Shown here: piece after piece, positions 24,010 to 37,469 of the stretch | Layout of the letters: the number at the start of each line of letters is the position of its first letter | How positions within the stretch are numbered: the first letter of the stretch is position 1 | Assembly (NCBI RefSeq): GCF_028641065.1 | Contig: NC_073381.1 | Span: 81,716,001 to 81,780,000, forward strand | Source: Leucoraja erinacea | Lineage: Eukaryota | DNA: 64,000 nucleotides | Reading direction: 5' to 3' | Program-made: the position numbers and the translations under genes | The notes under the pieces: generated by a model | Told to the model about the DNA's origin: nothing | The model's database searches: none | The model's input: only the letters and a program-made list of their open reading frames with translations

Positions 24010-26850
24010 TCATAAACTTTGACGCCAATGGGGAGTGCCAATTGTTTGTTGTCCTACCCCAAGCACTAGATACGATGATAAGGCACTGCAAGCAGTGTTA
24101 GGCGCAGTGTTAATTGCACTATAACTTAGACGCTTCTCAAAACAAAACTGAAAGAAATTCCAAAACATCTGCTATTTCTGCCTTAAAGTAGTTCACATGT
24201 GCATCCTCACAAAACTTTATCCATTGTTTTATGTAGGTTGAATACTGCCTTCTTGTGCCATCTGCCAAGCTGCAGTGATCACTTCAACTGTTCTGCTGGG
24301 TAGTCCTATTCGCTTGAAAGGTCTCCTTAAATCCTGCAAATTAATAAATCAATGCGATCATGCAGTGGGTGAGGTGCCCGAGAGACAGGCTGAAATAACA
24401 ATTGTTCGTGTCTGTGATCAATCAAAGGAGCTTCTTTCAGTACTCCTTTTAACAATTGAAACCATGGTTGAGTAGGCCAATTTGGTATTACTATAATTCC
24501 TGATGCCTAGTCTTAAATTATCTTTTGCAAGCATCTTCCGATAAGCCAGCATGGGGGAAAAGCATAAAATGATAATCCACTCCAGTACAAAGAAAACACA
24601 TCTGCTGCTTCTGCCCCTGGATCTGGTTGCCAAGCTACATAACTTGGTACTTGGTTATTAAGTCTTGAAGCAAACAGGTCAATCTCAGGTGTTCCAGATC
24701 GAGATATTATCTTCTTGTCACTGACTTATTTTACATCCATTCTGTTCGTTCATTGAATTTTCTAGACCGGAGGACTGCTTCTACATTGTATCTACCTGGC
24801 AGGTGAGCAGCTGACCCATATTCTCCTATCTATACACCATGCCCAAATGGACTTTACCAGCACACCACATGATGGAGACCTACAGCCACCCAAATGATTC
24901 AGATACTTTACTGCTGTTGTGTTGTCCAATTGTAGCCTGACATGCATATCATGGTCATTCCCACAATACGTTCTTAATGCATGGAATGCTGCTAACATTT
25001 CCAAATAGTTGATGCCATACTTTTGGCCAAGCCCCAACTCATCCTCATTCCACCTACCACCACAACTAGAGTTGGTGTCAGTTGCACCCCAACCGTGTCC
25101 ACTAGTATCACTTTGTACTGTTTTTGTGGGTTTGCTAGGTACAATGAAACCTGTGCTCAATCCACCACAGTAACTCTGATATCGACTCTGTCGTCAACCT
25201 CATACATCTATCAAAATGCCCTTTATTCAATCTTAGGGCCAGAATATTCTCATGATCCAGATTTCTATAATGCATGGCCCCATATTGTGTGACTGGGAAG
25301 GCAACTACCATCTTGCCTATCACCCTTGCAACCTGCTGTATAGTAGGCTTCTAATTTTTAAGTAAACCCATGCATGCCTCTACAATATTCTGTTTCTTAT
25401 CTGTGGGTAGGGTCACAGACATATCTGCAGAGTTTATGATAAAACCTAGATATGTAATCGATTTTGTCAGCTCCAACATGGACTTTCCTGGATGAATAAC
25501 AAACCCTAGATTTTCTAGGAGTGCCTTGGTGTGCTGAAACAGCTAACTCTGTGACACATGATGTCTTCCCTACAATAAGCGTGTCATCTATAAACCCCAT
25601 GACAATATGCCCTTTAGATCTGTGTAGGGCAAACACTGGATTTGGAATCTTTGTAAATAGTCTTGGGGCTGAACTCAACCCATTAAGTAGAGCGTAAAAT
25701 TGCCACAACTGGCCTTGCCAGATAAACTTCAGATATTTCCTGTGACTCTCGTGTATTGGTACCGAATAGTATGCATCTATGAGATCAATTGAGGCCATAA
25801 AGCAATCCTCTGTAATCAGCTGTTTTGCTGAATAAAAATGATCCATCTTAAAATGGTTATATTCCAAGCATGTGTTCAGACTAGCGAAATCAAGAATGAT
25901 TCGGTATCCTCCACTTTTCTTCAACCTTGAGAAGATATTAGAAATATACTCCTCTTGTTCATGGAGAGACTACTCAATCACACTCTTTTTGTGTAATTTC
26001 TCTATCTCAACTTGGATAGCCAGCGTGTTCTTCTCATTCAACTGATGGGAAGTCAAGTAACCAATGCTACTTGCCAGTTCTTCCTGTAACGGTTCTCCTA
26101 TCCCCGAGGGGATGGCAAACTTTGTCACAAGTGCTGGCAGCTCCTTGGTAGACTTGAGTTGAAGCATATTATCCACTTGTTGAGGGAATTCGAGTTCATT
26201 ATCGACTCCCCCACAGAGTCTACCGCATAATAATCCTCAAAACTCCCCACCTCTGAGCGAGAGATATCATAATGCAACCCTGGACCAGGTATTGCCGTCG
26301 CAGACATCTGACTGGAACTACCTGTATCAGTCACATGTGTGCAGAGAACATTCCCTTTGACCAGCCTCTCAATCAGATTTTCCAGTTTTGAGAGCTGACA
26401 GATGACATCCTCAATAGATGTTGAGGCAGTTCCTTCCTGCTGAGTAATGTACTTTTGGACATATTTTGCCGTTTTGGCCTGGGCCTTCCCTGAACTCAGG
26501 GTCGACAAACTACTCCCTTTCGGAGCTTTTGCAGAGGTTGCTGTGCAGGCTGTGCCTGCCAGTCTCCGAGTTTGATACCGATGGCCACCGACCTCTCCTG
26601 TTGCAATTATCTGCCGCTGACTTTTCAGCTGCACGTTTTCCCTTGGTTTTAGGCTCCTCCATTCTTGGGACCTAAACCAGCGTCAAAAGCAACAGTTCCT
26701 GTGAAACTTACCTTCCGACTTTAATGATGTATCACAGAGCAATCCCGACGTCCATTTCCCCATCCGAGTCGCGCGCCATGCGTCGACATATTGATGCGCA
26801 TGCGGGCTGGCGGGTTCTTCATGTAGTCTCTTGACGAGTCTTGTGAAGTG
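24010..26850 (-). mobile_element. Degenerate DIRS-type tyrosine-recombinase retrotransposon (gag, RT, RNase H, methyltransferase-like domain, truncated YR)
   Basis: RT: GGYRIILD..HFKMD..MASIDLIDAYYSVPI..GLSSAPRLFTK..FIDD (25397-25924). RNase H: DTSGHGWGA..INYLEMLAA..DNTTAVKYLNHLGG (24792-25160). MT-like: IDLFASRLN..YAF/PP..PNWPTQPWF (~24455-24694). YR N-terminus: TRRQYSTYIKQW..LSYSAINTA (~24010-24270). Terminal repeat-like end at ~26760-26850. Confidence 0.88.
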
Positions 26851-27714
26851 CATAGGGATATTTTACTACCTAATAGGTGGTATTTTAATGCAGGCTGCTA
26901 TTATATGAGTAATATATTACACTGTAATTTGGGTTCCAAATAATTTCATAGCTTAGATCATAACAATGAAAATGCCAGATCTGAATTAAAAGAATGGTGG
27001 TCCAGAAAACGATTTCCCTTCGGATTCATGCTGTTTAATCAAAGGACTGCTTTACTCTACTAAATATGCTGGCATGCATCACAGTGTAACTGCAGCAAAG
27101 GTCACATCCATCATTTGCCCAGAGGTGATAAATTACAAATTTGTAATATTCCTATTGTATATTTTTACATATTTATAGGTAGGTCTAAATTTGTGCTCAA
27201 ACAGTAAACCTGGATGAGTAATTAACCATTCTTCTTACCTGTATGAAATGAGATCATATACCTTTACTATTCCATACTGCCAGAATCAAACAGTCTGAAA
27301 CATTGTCTTTCTGAACCTGCAGCAGCACTCATCATAATTCATCCAGATTGAGTATGCTTCAGGATTTACAATGAATGTCAAACTAAGGTCCTATTCTGTG
27401 CTTTGAGACCGTGATATCAATATCCAAACATAAAATATTTAACTACCAGGGAATGCAATGCATATCTCTTTTATTATAGCTCATGTTACAAAGGTGAAAG
27501 GTTAGCATGCTGATTCTATAAATTAACCTACCTTACTTCCGTACCCTCGCTAAGGCTAAACTCTTCACTTACACATTCATATCTAAACTTGATATTTGCA
27601 TTGCTTTCTCTTCTGAACTCAACTTTGCACTAACACAGTCCTATGTATCCTTATTGTTTCTAAATTCCACTGTACTCAGAATGAAACTTGCTGAGACACG
27701 TTGAAATACATTTG

Positions 27715-29200
27715 GAGGAAGGAACTGCAGATGCTGGTTTAAACCAAAGATAGACACAAAAAGCTGGAGTAACTCAGCAGGTCAGTCAGCATCTCTGGAG
27801 AAAAGGAATAGGTGACATTTCGGGTCGAGACCCTTCTTCAGACTGAGAGTCAGGGGAAAGCATTTATTTTGAGAGGGCTTGTATACAAAATCAAGTATGT
27901 AAGGTTTACAAGAATGGTCTCAGGAATGAGTAGGTTTGCATATGTTGAGCGTTGGATGGCACTGGGCTTATACTCACTGGAATTTAGAAGAATGAAGGTG
28001 GACCTCAGAACGTACAGAATAGTGAACGGCTAGGATAGAGTGGATGTGGAGAGGATGTTTCCACTAGTGAGATAGATTAGGACTAGAGGTCATAGTCTCA
28101 GAATTAAAGGATGTTCTTCAAGCAAGAAAATGAGGAGGAATTTATTTAGTCAGTGGGTGGTGAATCTGTGGAATTCTCTGCCACAGAAGGCTGTGGAAAC
28201 AAAATCAGTGGATATATTTAAGACAGAAATAGATTCTTGATTAGTACGGGTGTCAGGGGTTATGGGGAGAAGACAAGAGGATGGGGCTAGGAGGGAGAGA
28301 TAGATCAGCCATGATGGAATGGTGGAGTAAACTTGATGGGCTGAATGGCCGAATTCTGCTCCTATCACTTATGATCTCATGATCTTGTGAAAGGGAAACA
28401 AGAGATTTTTATAGACGATGATATAGAGAAGTGTAGAACAAATGAATGAACGATATGCATGAAAGTAACATTGATAAAGGAAACAGGCATTTGTTAGTTG
28501 TGGGCTAGGTGAAAACAAGTTAAGGCAATGAGACTTAACAAGATGTCTTTGAAACTAGTACAATGACGGGTGGGGGAGAGATGGAGAAAGAGGGGATACA
28601 ACGGTTACTTGAAGTTAGAGTAATCAATATTCATACCGCTGGGTTGTAAGCTGCCCAAGGAAAATATGAGTTGCTGTTCCTCCAATTTACTTTTGGCCTC
28701 ACTCTGACAATGGAGGAGGCCCAGGCCAGAAAGGTCAGTGTGGGAATGGGAAGCAAAATTTTTTTTTTGGCAACTGGGAGATCAGGTAGGCGCAAGCAGA
28801 CTGAGCAAAGGTGTTCAGCGAAACGATAGCCCAGTCTACGTTTGGTCTTGGCGATGTATAAGAGTCCACACTTTGAACAACGGATACAGCAGATGAGGTT
28901 GGAGGAGGTGCAAGTGAACCTCTGCCTAACCTGAAAGGAATGTTGGGGGTCCCTGACAGAGTCGAGGGAGGAGGTATAGGGACAGGTTTTGCATCTCCTG
29001 TACCTGAGGAGGGGGTGGTTTGGGTGGAAAAGGATGAGTTAACAGGGAGTTGCGGAAGGGTCTCTGCGGAACGTGGAAAGGGGTGGAGGTTGGAGGATGT
29101 GACTAGTGATGGGATCCTGTTGAGGTGGCAAATTGTCGGAGGATTATGTGTTGTATGCGATGGTTGATGAGGTGAAAGGTAAGGACTAGGGGTAAGGACA
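27715..29200 (-). mobile_element. Penelope-like element 3' part (GIY-YIG endonuclease remnant plus pseudo-LTR) with a CR1 fragment inserted (+, ~27860-28385)
   Basis: The minus strand at ~28770-28940 reads FQVRQRFTCTSSNLICCIRCSKCGLLYIAKTKRRLGYRFAEHL. Hammerhead-like core at 27814-27841 (GAAATGTC variant). Confidence 0.8.
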
Positions 29201-30709
29201 AAATATATTTTTCCTGATATAGAGGTTTGAATTCTCCTCATATCAGTAAAAATTAGATCATGTATCTACAATAAATTGTAATAGAGAGACCTGAAAAATC
29301 ACCAGATACTTAGTTTATAATAAGTACGAAAGGATCAACACATACATTTTCACAAAAATGGAAGTACTGTGTTTATTAAGATACACAAATGCCGATAAAA
29401 GCATTAGTTTACTTGCTTGCACCACTGACAACATTGGAATATATTATGTTATAATTATACAGTTCCATTGTTATATTATACAGTGAAATGTATTCTATAT
29501 GAAAGTAGTATTATTTAAATTAAATAATGCATTTCAGGAGAGCTGATAAAACAAAAAATATATACAATGAGTGCAAGCTTATTATGATCCTCTATGCTTT
29601 GATATATAAAATATAGAGGAGTATATAGGATCATAAAGAGCCTGGGAGAACATATTCATTGATCCCTGAAGATAACCGGGTTAACCCTCTAAACTAGATA
29701 TATTCCTTTAAGAGCTGGAGCTCATATTCAAATTGTTTAAAACTCTAGTTAGATCAGAGTATGTACTGTATATACCATAGTTCTGGTGAGCTACAGTATT
29801 TATTGGATGTGCAGAAGAGGAAAATGTATGGTCACAAATTCCCAGTTTTCAAAACAGGTATGCGAGATGGTAAACACAGCATACTTGCTTTTGTGGCTGA
29901 GGGTCAGAATACAAGAGCAGATAAGCCATGCCTGAATATATTGGTTAGGCCACAGTTAGAATACAGTTCCGGGTACCACATTACAATCAGCTGATCATGT
30001 AACCACTGAGAATTCCAAGGTCATTGGAACAGACCAATTCTTATTTGCAAGGATGTTGCCAGGGCTGGAAGATTTTCATTAAAAGGAGAAACTGGCTAAG
30101 GACTGGAAAAGGAGAAAAATGACTATTCTCTTTGAAACAAAGTTACTGAAGCAGAGATTTATTTCAGATACATACAATTATGGGAGGCCCATACAGAGTG
30201 AAAGAAAGAATGCATTATCTTTAGCAGAAAGAGTCATAACTAGAGGATCTTGATTTAACTAAATAAAAGTAAAAGTATTAGAGGGAAATTGAGGGAGAAT
30301 TTTAATCAAAGAGCAATGGGGATTTGAAACTTATTGTCAGAAAGAACGGTGGAGGCAGACACCCTCAATACATTTAAAAAGTGTCTAGATGATCATTTTG
30401 CTTTAAGAGTTGAAGCATATGAAGGGGAAGTCATGCTCAAATGTTCTAAACACTAGTTGAATTACAACTACAGGGTTGTTTGTGTGGTTCTGCATAGCAC
30501 ATTGGAAAGGAATATGACAGTATTGCAGATGGTAGAGCAAAGATGTGCAAGATTATGGACTGAGACTGGGAAGTAGGATTACCCTAACCTCTGTATTTTT
30601 TAGCCATCGTAGACTTAAAGGCCTCCTTTTAGTACCATAAATTTCCAGACAACGGAAAGGACCCAGTTCACTGAGCAGAGTAGATCATTATTGAGAGTAC
30701 AGAATTAAG

Positions 30710-31270
30710 GTGGAGGCACATGAGACCATAGATGCTGGAATCTGGAATAAAAAACAGTTGCTGGAAGAACTCAGCAAGCCAAGCAGCATCTATGGAGGGG
30801 TACAGTCGACGTTTTGATTCGAGACCCCTCATCTGGACTGAAAGAGTAGAGGGGAGAGAGGCAGTATAAAGTGGTAGACACAAAATGCTGGAGTAACTCA
30901 GCGGGAGAGAAGGAATGGGTGAGGTTTCGGGTCAAAACCCTTCTTCAGACCCAAAACGTCATCCATTCCTTCTCTCTAGAGATGCTGCCTGTCCTGCTGA
31001 GTTACTCCAGCATTTTGAGTCTACCTTCAATTTTTAAACCAGCATCTGCAGTTCTTTCGTACACAGTATAAAGTGGTGATGTGGAGAAGTGTGGCTTGAG
31101 TTTACAAGCAATAGATTAATCCAGAGATCTGGTAGATGGAATCAAGTGCAGGAAGGAAGTGAGGGAGGGAAGGAATGAGAGTCACTATCTCCACTCATCC
31201 CTTCTCCATCTGTCAACCAATGCCTCTCACTTAGATCCACCCCTTACTTGCCAGCTCTTGCCCCACACCT
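30710..31270. mobile_element. Penelope-like pseudo-LTR with a second, inverted pseudo-LTR pair nested inside (~30876-31063)
   Basis: CAGTATAAAGTGGT is duplicated on both sides of the inner insertion. Degenerate hammerhead cores at ~30808-30835 and ~30920-30947. Confidence 0.65.
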
Positions 31271-33083
31271 TCCCGAAAAATTAAAGTAACTGGTGGAAGT
31301 ATTACTAGGGGTAGTTATCATCTCGAAATGTGTGCCAGAAATGGCAGTAAAGGTTGAGAACTGTAATACATTTAAGAAGAATTAGAGGGATCATCAAATA
31401 TGCCATAACCTCAGGCTATAAACTGAAAGCTGAGGCATAATACTTGTAATGGACATGATGGGTCAAATTGTCCACTTTGGTCCTATGAAATCAATAATTC
31501 TGAGTTCATTTCATTTACTTTTTAAAATCCATTTCCAATTTAGTCAAAAACCAATTGCCAACGTAAATACAGAAATAGAAAAGGGAATAGCCATCAGGAA
31601 AATAGACTAATTTCAATAATCACTAAGCACATTAAAGATGTGCAACGATACATACAAATGTCATGTTCTCTAGAGGTGCTGCCTGACCAGCTGAGTTCCA
31701 GCATTTTGTCCTTTTTTAAATGTAGGTATCTTGTTATGCCCCTCCAAAAGTGTTCAATTTTAATTCCCTGTACAAAACGTAGCAGTTAAAATGGATTATG
31801 AGCAAACTGATAAATCTGCAAAACATTTCAGAATTTGTCTCCAAAAAAACACAATTTCCCAATCCGCACAAAAGGCTAAAGGGCATTTATAGGCGCACTA
31901 AAATGTGCTTAATCGACGTGGTCAGTGATTGCAACTTTTTTTTAAACTAATTTGGAATGTTTTCAATGTGACTCCAGTTCTGCCGATGTTATTTGTGATA
32001 ACGAAATTTATAATGTATGTTATGGTTTTTTACTTTTCTAGTACTGAGATTTGAAATGAGAAACTTATTGACACAAATCTTACGTGTACCATGCGAACAA
32101 AATCCTGTAACTCGCTTCAATGAGAAATTATTAACCAGAAGATAATTAACAAAATGACGTTAACACAAAGCAACAAGACGTTACCAAACGAAATACTACA
32201 ATAAAATCCACACAATCGTGAAAATAAATATAGAACAGCTCATTCCCAGTGATAACATTTAAATCCTTGATCTTGGTTCACTGTAATAAAACTAGGTTTA
32301 TTATCGTGAGTCAGTAACAATTTCCACCGTTGATCTGAGGCGGGTCTCAATTCCATTGGGAATATCAACAGAGCACGTCTCTCCCGCTTAAAAAAAAACC
32401 ATGATAAATACTTTAATGCCAATAGAGAGACACGTTTTTTTGCAGAACAGGTGAGCAGGTGTTTGCAGGTTGGAAATGTTCTTTGTATAACTGTTGGAAA
32501 TGTTACCTCTGTACAGTCCAAGCACTGCATGCTTTCTTGAGGATGTAATTTTAGAGGAAATCAGATCCACTCTCCCTTATCTCTTTCAAGGATACTACTA
32601 AATTCAGGAGGTGGGGGGACGAGGCGGTGGGAGTATACATACTTTGAAGAAGCAAAACCCAATAACTAATTTCAGTGGAAAGCTTAAAATATATTCTGGA
32701 CAAATCTATAAAACGATCAGACTCCTCGCAACATAAATTACCATATGTGACAATGTATTTCCAAAGTTTTTTCACGGATGAAAACTAACTGGGCTTGCGC
32801 CAACATACAAACTTACAGAATTCAATTACATTTATTGAAAATAGGTCAAATTCTGGAATGTTATATATACTGACGGTTTACTTAAATCAGTGGAACGCAA
32901 GGGGTAAAAATACGTTATATTGGTTGAAGTTTGAGCATCTAATCCACTGAAATAGATGTCCGAAACCCAGGCATTATTTTGTTTACACTGACTGCTGGAG
33001 GATCGCAGAGCGGCAGTATCTTCACACAGTGGTAACCTTCCACAACAGAAACAAGCCGCTACCGTTGCTGGTTTCCTACTCAC

Positions 33084-33128
33084 CGCAATAGAGGCTGAAG
33101 AGGAGGCGGTGAACACACGAATAACCAT
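33084..33128 (-). CDS. SH3BGRL2: SH3 domain-binding glutamic acid-rich-like protein 2, first coding exon (MVIRVFTASSSASIA)
   Basis: ATG at 33128, 15 codons, then a canonical GTGAGT donor (33083-33078). The peptide matches the SH3BGR-family N-terminus (human SH3BGRL2 MVIRVFIASSSGFVA). The gene is divergent from LCA5, as in the known LCA5-SH3BGRL2 synteny. Exon 2 was not found in the window. Confidence 0.85.
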
Positions 33129-33914
33129 CTTCTTAATTCCAGAAAGACAATCCGCAGATTAAGAAAAGAAAAATCCGTCCCTAAATAGGTTTTATATCTG
33201 GAATCTAATCGGCCGACTATACTATGCAGCTGCTGCCTACCAATGAATGACACGAAGTGAGAAACCAACAAATATATAAATGCACTTTTCCAATCTCATT
33301 GCAGCTCGCACCTCCGCCACCCTCCAAAGGATTGCAGCGCTTTGCCCATTTCACTGCTATGCCTGGTCCAAAACATCTCGGCCGATCGTTGGATGCTGGA
33401 TAATGCAGTCTTATTTCGTCCTCTTTTCGAATAGAACGCTGGCGAGTGGACTACATCTCCCAGCCTGCAACTCGCTGCGCACAGCGCTCTTCTGCAGCAA
33501 GCAATGACAGTCGCCGAGAGGGCTTACTGCGCCTAGAACAACAGAAAATGCTGGAAATATTTGGCGGGTCGAGCAACATTTGTGGAGAGACAAACTACAA
33601 TTAACGTTTTCGCTGTTACAAGATCGCGGACCTCATTCATAGATTCTGTCTCCCCAAGGGGATGGCCCCTTTCAGCATTCATTCTGAAATGCAGGATAGG
33701 AGCCACCTGTTGTCAAGAACATTGCATTTCATCACGGAAAATCACGTTACGAATTAAAAATTTAATGCCAACCGTTCATAAATCCATTATGGACATATTA
33801 TTGGAGATAAATAGGGAAGACAGTTTGGATTTAAGAATTATTGCCTAACTTTTGGGTTTTCATAATTCAACCTAACGAGTAGATTATTGGAGCAGAAGAT
33901 CTTCAGCCCTTCAT

Positions 33915-35820
33915 AGAGTCAAGAGTGTTTTATTGTCATGTCTCAGATAGACCAATGAAGTTCTTACTTGCAGCAGCACAACAGAATATGTAAACATAGT
34001 AGTGTAAATAATATGAGAAAACAAGTTCAATTTGTGTACACACATAGGTACACATAAAAAACAAACAATAATAATGCAAAAAAAACAATAATAGGCTATG
34101 TGGTTCAGAACTTATTTGAGGTTGAAGTGTTTAATAGCCTAATGGCTGTGGAGAAGAAGTTGTTCCTGTACCTGGACGTTGCAGTTTTTAGGCTCCTGTA
34201 CCTTCTTCCCAATGGCAGGGGTGAAATGAGTGTGTGGCCAGGGTGGTGCGGGTCGCTGATTATGTTGGCTGCCTTTTTGAGGCAGCAACTCTGGCAAATC
34301 CTTTTGAAGATAGGGAGATCAGAACCCGTGATGGACTGGACAGTGTTCACAGCGTTTTGCAGTCTTCTTTGCTCCTGGACATACAAGTTGCGAACCAAGC
34401 CGTGATGCAACCAGTCAATATTCTCTCCACTATACACCTGTAGAAGTTCAAGAGAATCCTCTCTGACACATCGAATCTCCGTAATCTTCTTAGGAAGTAG
34501 AGGCGTTGATGTGCGTTCTTTATAATTGCATCAGTGTGCTGGGTCCAGGAAAGATCTTCAGAAATATGCATGCCCAGGAATTTGAAGCTTTTGACTCTCT
34601 CAACCATCATCCCGTCGCTATAACCAGGTTTATGGGTCCTCACTCTTTCTCTTCCAAAGTCCACAATCAGTTCCTTGGTCTTACTAACATTGAGAGCCAG
34701 GTTGTTGTGCTGGCACCATTTGGTCAGTCTATCGATCCACTTCTATACACTGACTCGGCACCATCTGTAATTCATCCAACAAAGGTGGTGTCATAGGCAG
34801 AATTGAGGGTGGAGTTCGCACTGTGTCCGGCTACACAATCATGAGTCTAGAACGAGTAGAGCAGGGGGCTGAGCACACAGCCTTGAGGTACTCTGGAACT
34901 GATTGTTATTGAGGAAAAAGTGTTTTTGCCAATTCGAACAGTTGATGAGGAAGTCGAGGATCCAGTTGCAGAGAAATGCGCAAAGACTCAGTTCCGTGAG
35001 CTTGGTAACCAACTTTTTAATTTTTTTTAAATCAAAAATATTTAATCAAATATTAAAATAATATTTACGACCATAAAACAAAACAGAGCCCACCACCATA
35101 ATATAAGACAAACAATAAACTATTATACAACTGTCTTACAGTCCTTGTCAAGGATGCATTCAACCCCCCGTAGTGTCCAGCGGTACTGAAAATCCTCCCC
35201 GGGTGCCTGTGGCCAGTGCATAGTCTCTCTCCAAGACCCTGGAAAAGGGGCAGGCAGCTGAATCGGGTGGAGCCCTCTTCCGCCTGGTGCCGTGACACGC
35301 AGATGGCCAGCTTGGCCAGTCCCAGGAGCAATCCAACCAGGAGGGGATAATGATATTGAACGACGAGCTGTAGTCTATAAACAAAAGCCTGACGTATGTG
35401 TTTTTATTGTCCAAGTGGTCAAGTGCAGAGTGGAGAGCCAGTGAGATCACATCCTCCATTGACCTGTTGTGGCAGTAGGCAAACTGTAATGGGTCGAAGT
35501 TCTTGTTGAGGTAGGAGTTGATATACGCCATAACCAACTTCTCAAAGCATTTCATCACCACGGACGTTAGTGCCACCGGTCGATAGTCATTGAGGCATGT
35601 CATCTTACTCTTCTTGGGCATCGGTATTATTGGTGCCCTCTTAAAGCAGGTAGCAAACTCGGATCTCAGTAATGAGAGGTTGAAAATGTCCGCAAAAACT
35701 CCAGCAAGTTGGTCTGCACGGGTTTAGAGAACATGACTGGGTATACCATCAGGTCCAGCCGCTTGTCGAGGTTTCACCCCCCTGAAGGATGTCGGCCTCT
35801 GTGATAGTGACTGTAATACC
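33915..35820 (-). mobile_element. Rex/Babar LINE RT region, interrupted by a Tx1-like 3' end (~35015-35335)
   Basis: [50 protein letters not shown]; FKFLGMHISEDLSW; HPGHTLISPLPLGRRYRSLK. The insert reads [13 protein letters not shown]. Confidence 0.85.
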
Positions 35821-36170
35821 ATATGAGGGCTCAGGATGGTAGGCTTGATAGGCTCTCCCTATCAAAGCTAGAGTGTGGAAACAGGCCCCCTCAGCTTAAC
35901 TTGCTTACACCAGCCAATATGTTCCACCTGCCCACATTTGGTCCATATCCCCCCAAACTGTCCCATCTAACTGTTTCTTAAACGTTGCAATAGTCCCTGC
36001 CTCCACTACCTCCTCTGGCAGCTCGTTCCATATGCCCACCACCCTTTGTGTGAAAAGGTTACCCCTCAGATCCCTACTAAATCTTTTCCCCTTCACCTTA
36101 AACCTATGTACTCTGGTCCTCCATTCCCCTACTCTGGGCAAGCGAGTCTGTACATCTACCCGAACCATTC

Positions 36171-36375
36171 CATAACCATCAAACCTTTTCTAACGTCAGG
36201 TCGGTGATTTATCTCACAACTTAGTTTACCTATTTTTTGAACCCATTGTCACTCAGTACATTTTTAGGCCTCTCATGATAATCATCAAACCTTTTCTAAC
36301 GTCAGGTCGGTGATTTATCTCACAACTTATTTTACTTATTTTTTTAACCCTGTCACTCAGTACTGCTTTTTAGGC
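36171..36375. repeat. Imperfect tandem duplication of ~100 bp
   Basis: catcaaaccttttctaacgtcaggtcggtgatttatctcacaactta...tgtcactcagtac occurs twice (36171-36269 and 36277-36375). Confidence 0.85.
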
Positions 36376-37328
36376 TGATTGAGGCTGCTACTATCTGTGG
36401 AGCACCAGGAATCCCTGGAAAAGCAATGCATTCTCCCGCCCGTGTTGCGGGGTCGAAAAGCTCCTGGAGCGGGGCCTACATCACTGCCCCGCGCGGCTGG
36501 AATGGCCGCGGGGACTTTGCGAGCGCACAAAAACACCAAACCCGGTGTTGACCTCGCAACCCGGCGTGGCTTCAAACGCAGACAATCGCCAGCCAGCCGG
36601 GGGCTTTGACTTTGACTCTGACATTTGCAGTGGAGAGATAAGTTTTTTTTGGCCTTCCATCACAGCTATGTGATGGATGTTTATGGTATGTTGTTTCTGA
36701 TCAAGATCTAGCATGGCTGCAGAAACGGATTTCGTTTGGACCTGAAAGGGTAAAGACAAAAGAGAGTCAGTAAAGGAAAGAGAGTCAGTGTATGACAGTG
36801 TATGAGGGGCAATTGGGACAAAGGCTGGTAGGCGATAGGTGGCCATAATGGGGAGGGGATGATGGGCAAATGGAACCAGGTAAGGAAGGGGAAGGGGAAG
36901 GGTTTGGAAAAGATGAACAAAAGAGGAAAACTGCTGGACCTCTGTCAGTGCTGGGACCTGTTTGTGATTTGCACAAAATTGTAGTTGGGTTGATTAATAA
37001 GTTTGCAGATGACAAATAGTGAAGGGCCTGGATAGAGTGAATGTGGAGAGATTTTTCCATTAGTGGGAGAGTCCAGGTCCAGAGGCCACAGCCTCAGAAT
37101 ATAAGGACGTATCTTTACATGAGGAGGAATGTCTTTAGTCAGAGGGTGATTAATCTGTGGAATTCATTGCCACAGACGGCTGTGGAGGCCATCAATGGAT
37201 ATTTAGATCAGAAGTGATAAGAGAATTAGGCCATTCGTCGATCAAGTCTATTCCGCCATTCAATCATGGCTGATTTATCTCTCCTTCTCCTGCCTTCTCT
37301 CATAACCCCAAACATCCGAACTAATCAA

Positions 37329-37464
37329 GAAGGTAGACAAAAAAGCTGAAGAAACTCAGCGGGTAAGGCAGCATCTATGGAGCCATAGATGCTGCCTCAC
37401 CCGCTGAGTTTCTCCGGCTTTTTTGTCTACCTTCAATTTTTCCAGCACCTGCAGTTTTTTCTTA
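37329..37464. mobile_element. Inverted Penelope-like pseudo-LTR pair forming a long hairpin
   Basis: 37329-37380 is a near-perfect reverse complement of 37383-37434. AACTAATCAAGA recurs at 37319 and 37465. Confidence 0.75.
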
Positions 37465-37469
37465 AACTA

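Noticed and set aside
1-33083. SH3BGRL2 exon 2 and later exons (..KKKQQDVV.FLEAN.I.FEEVDI..)
   Set aside because: I could not find them by eye on the minus strand. They probably lie left of the window, though a manual scan could miss them.
32832-33083. Remainder of the 98-aa ORF 32832-33128
   Set aside because: Similarity to the SH3BGR family stops at the GTGAGT donor, so the rest is intron read-through.
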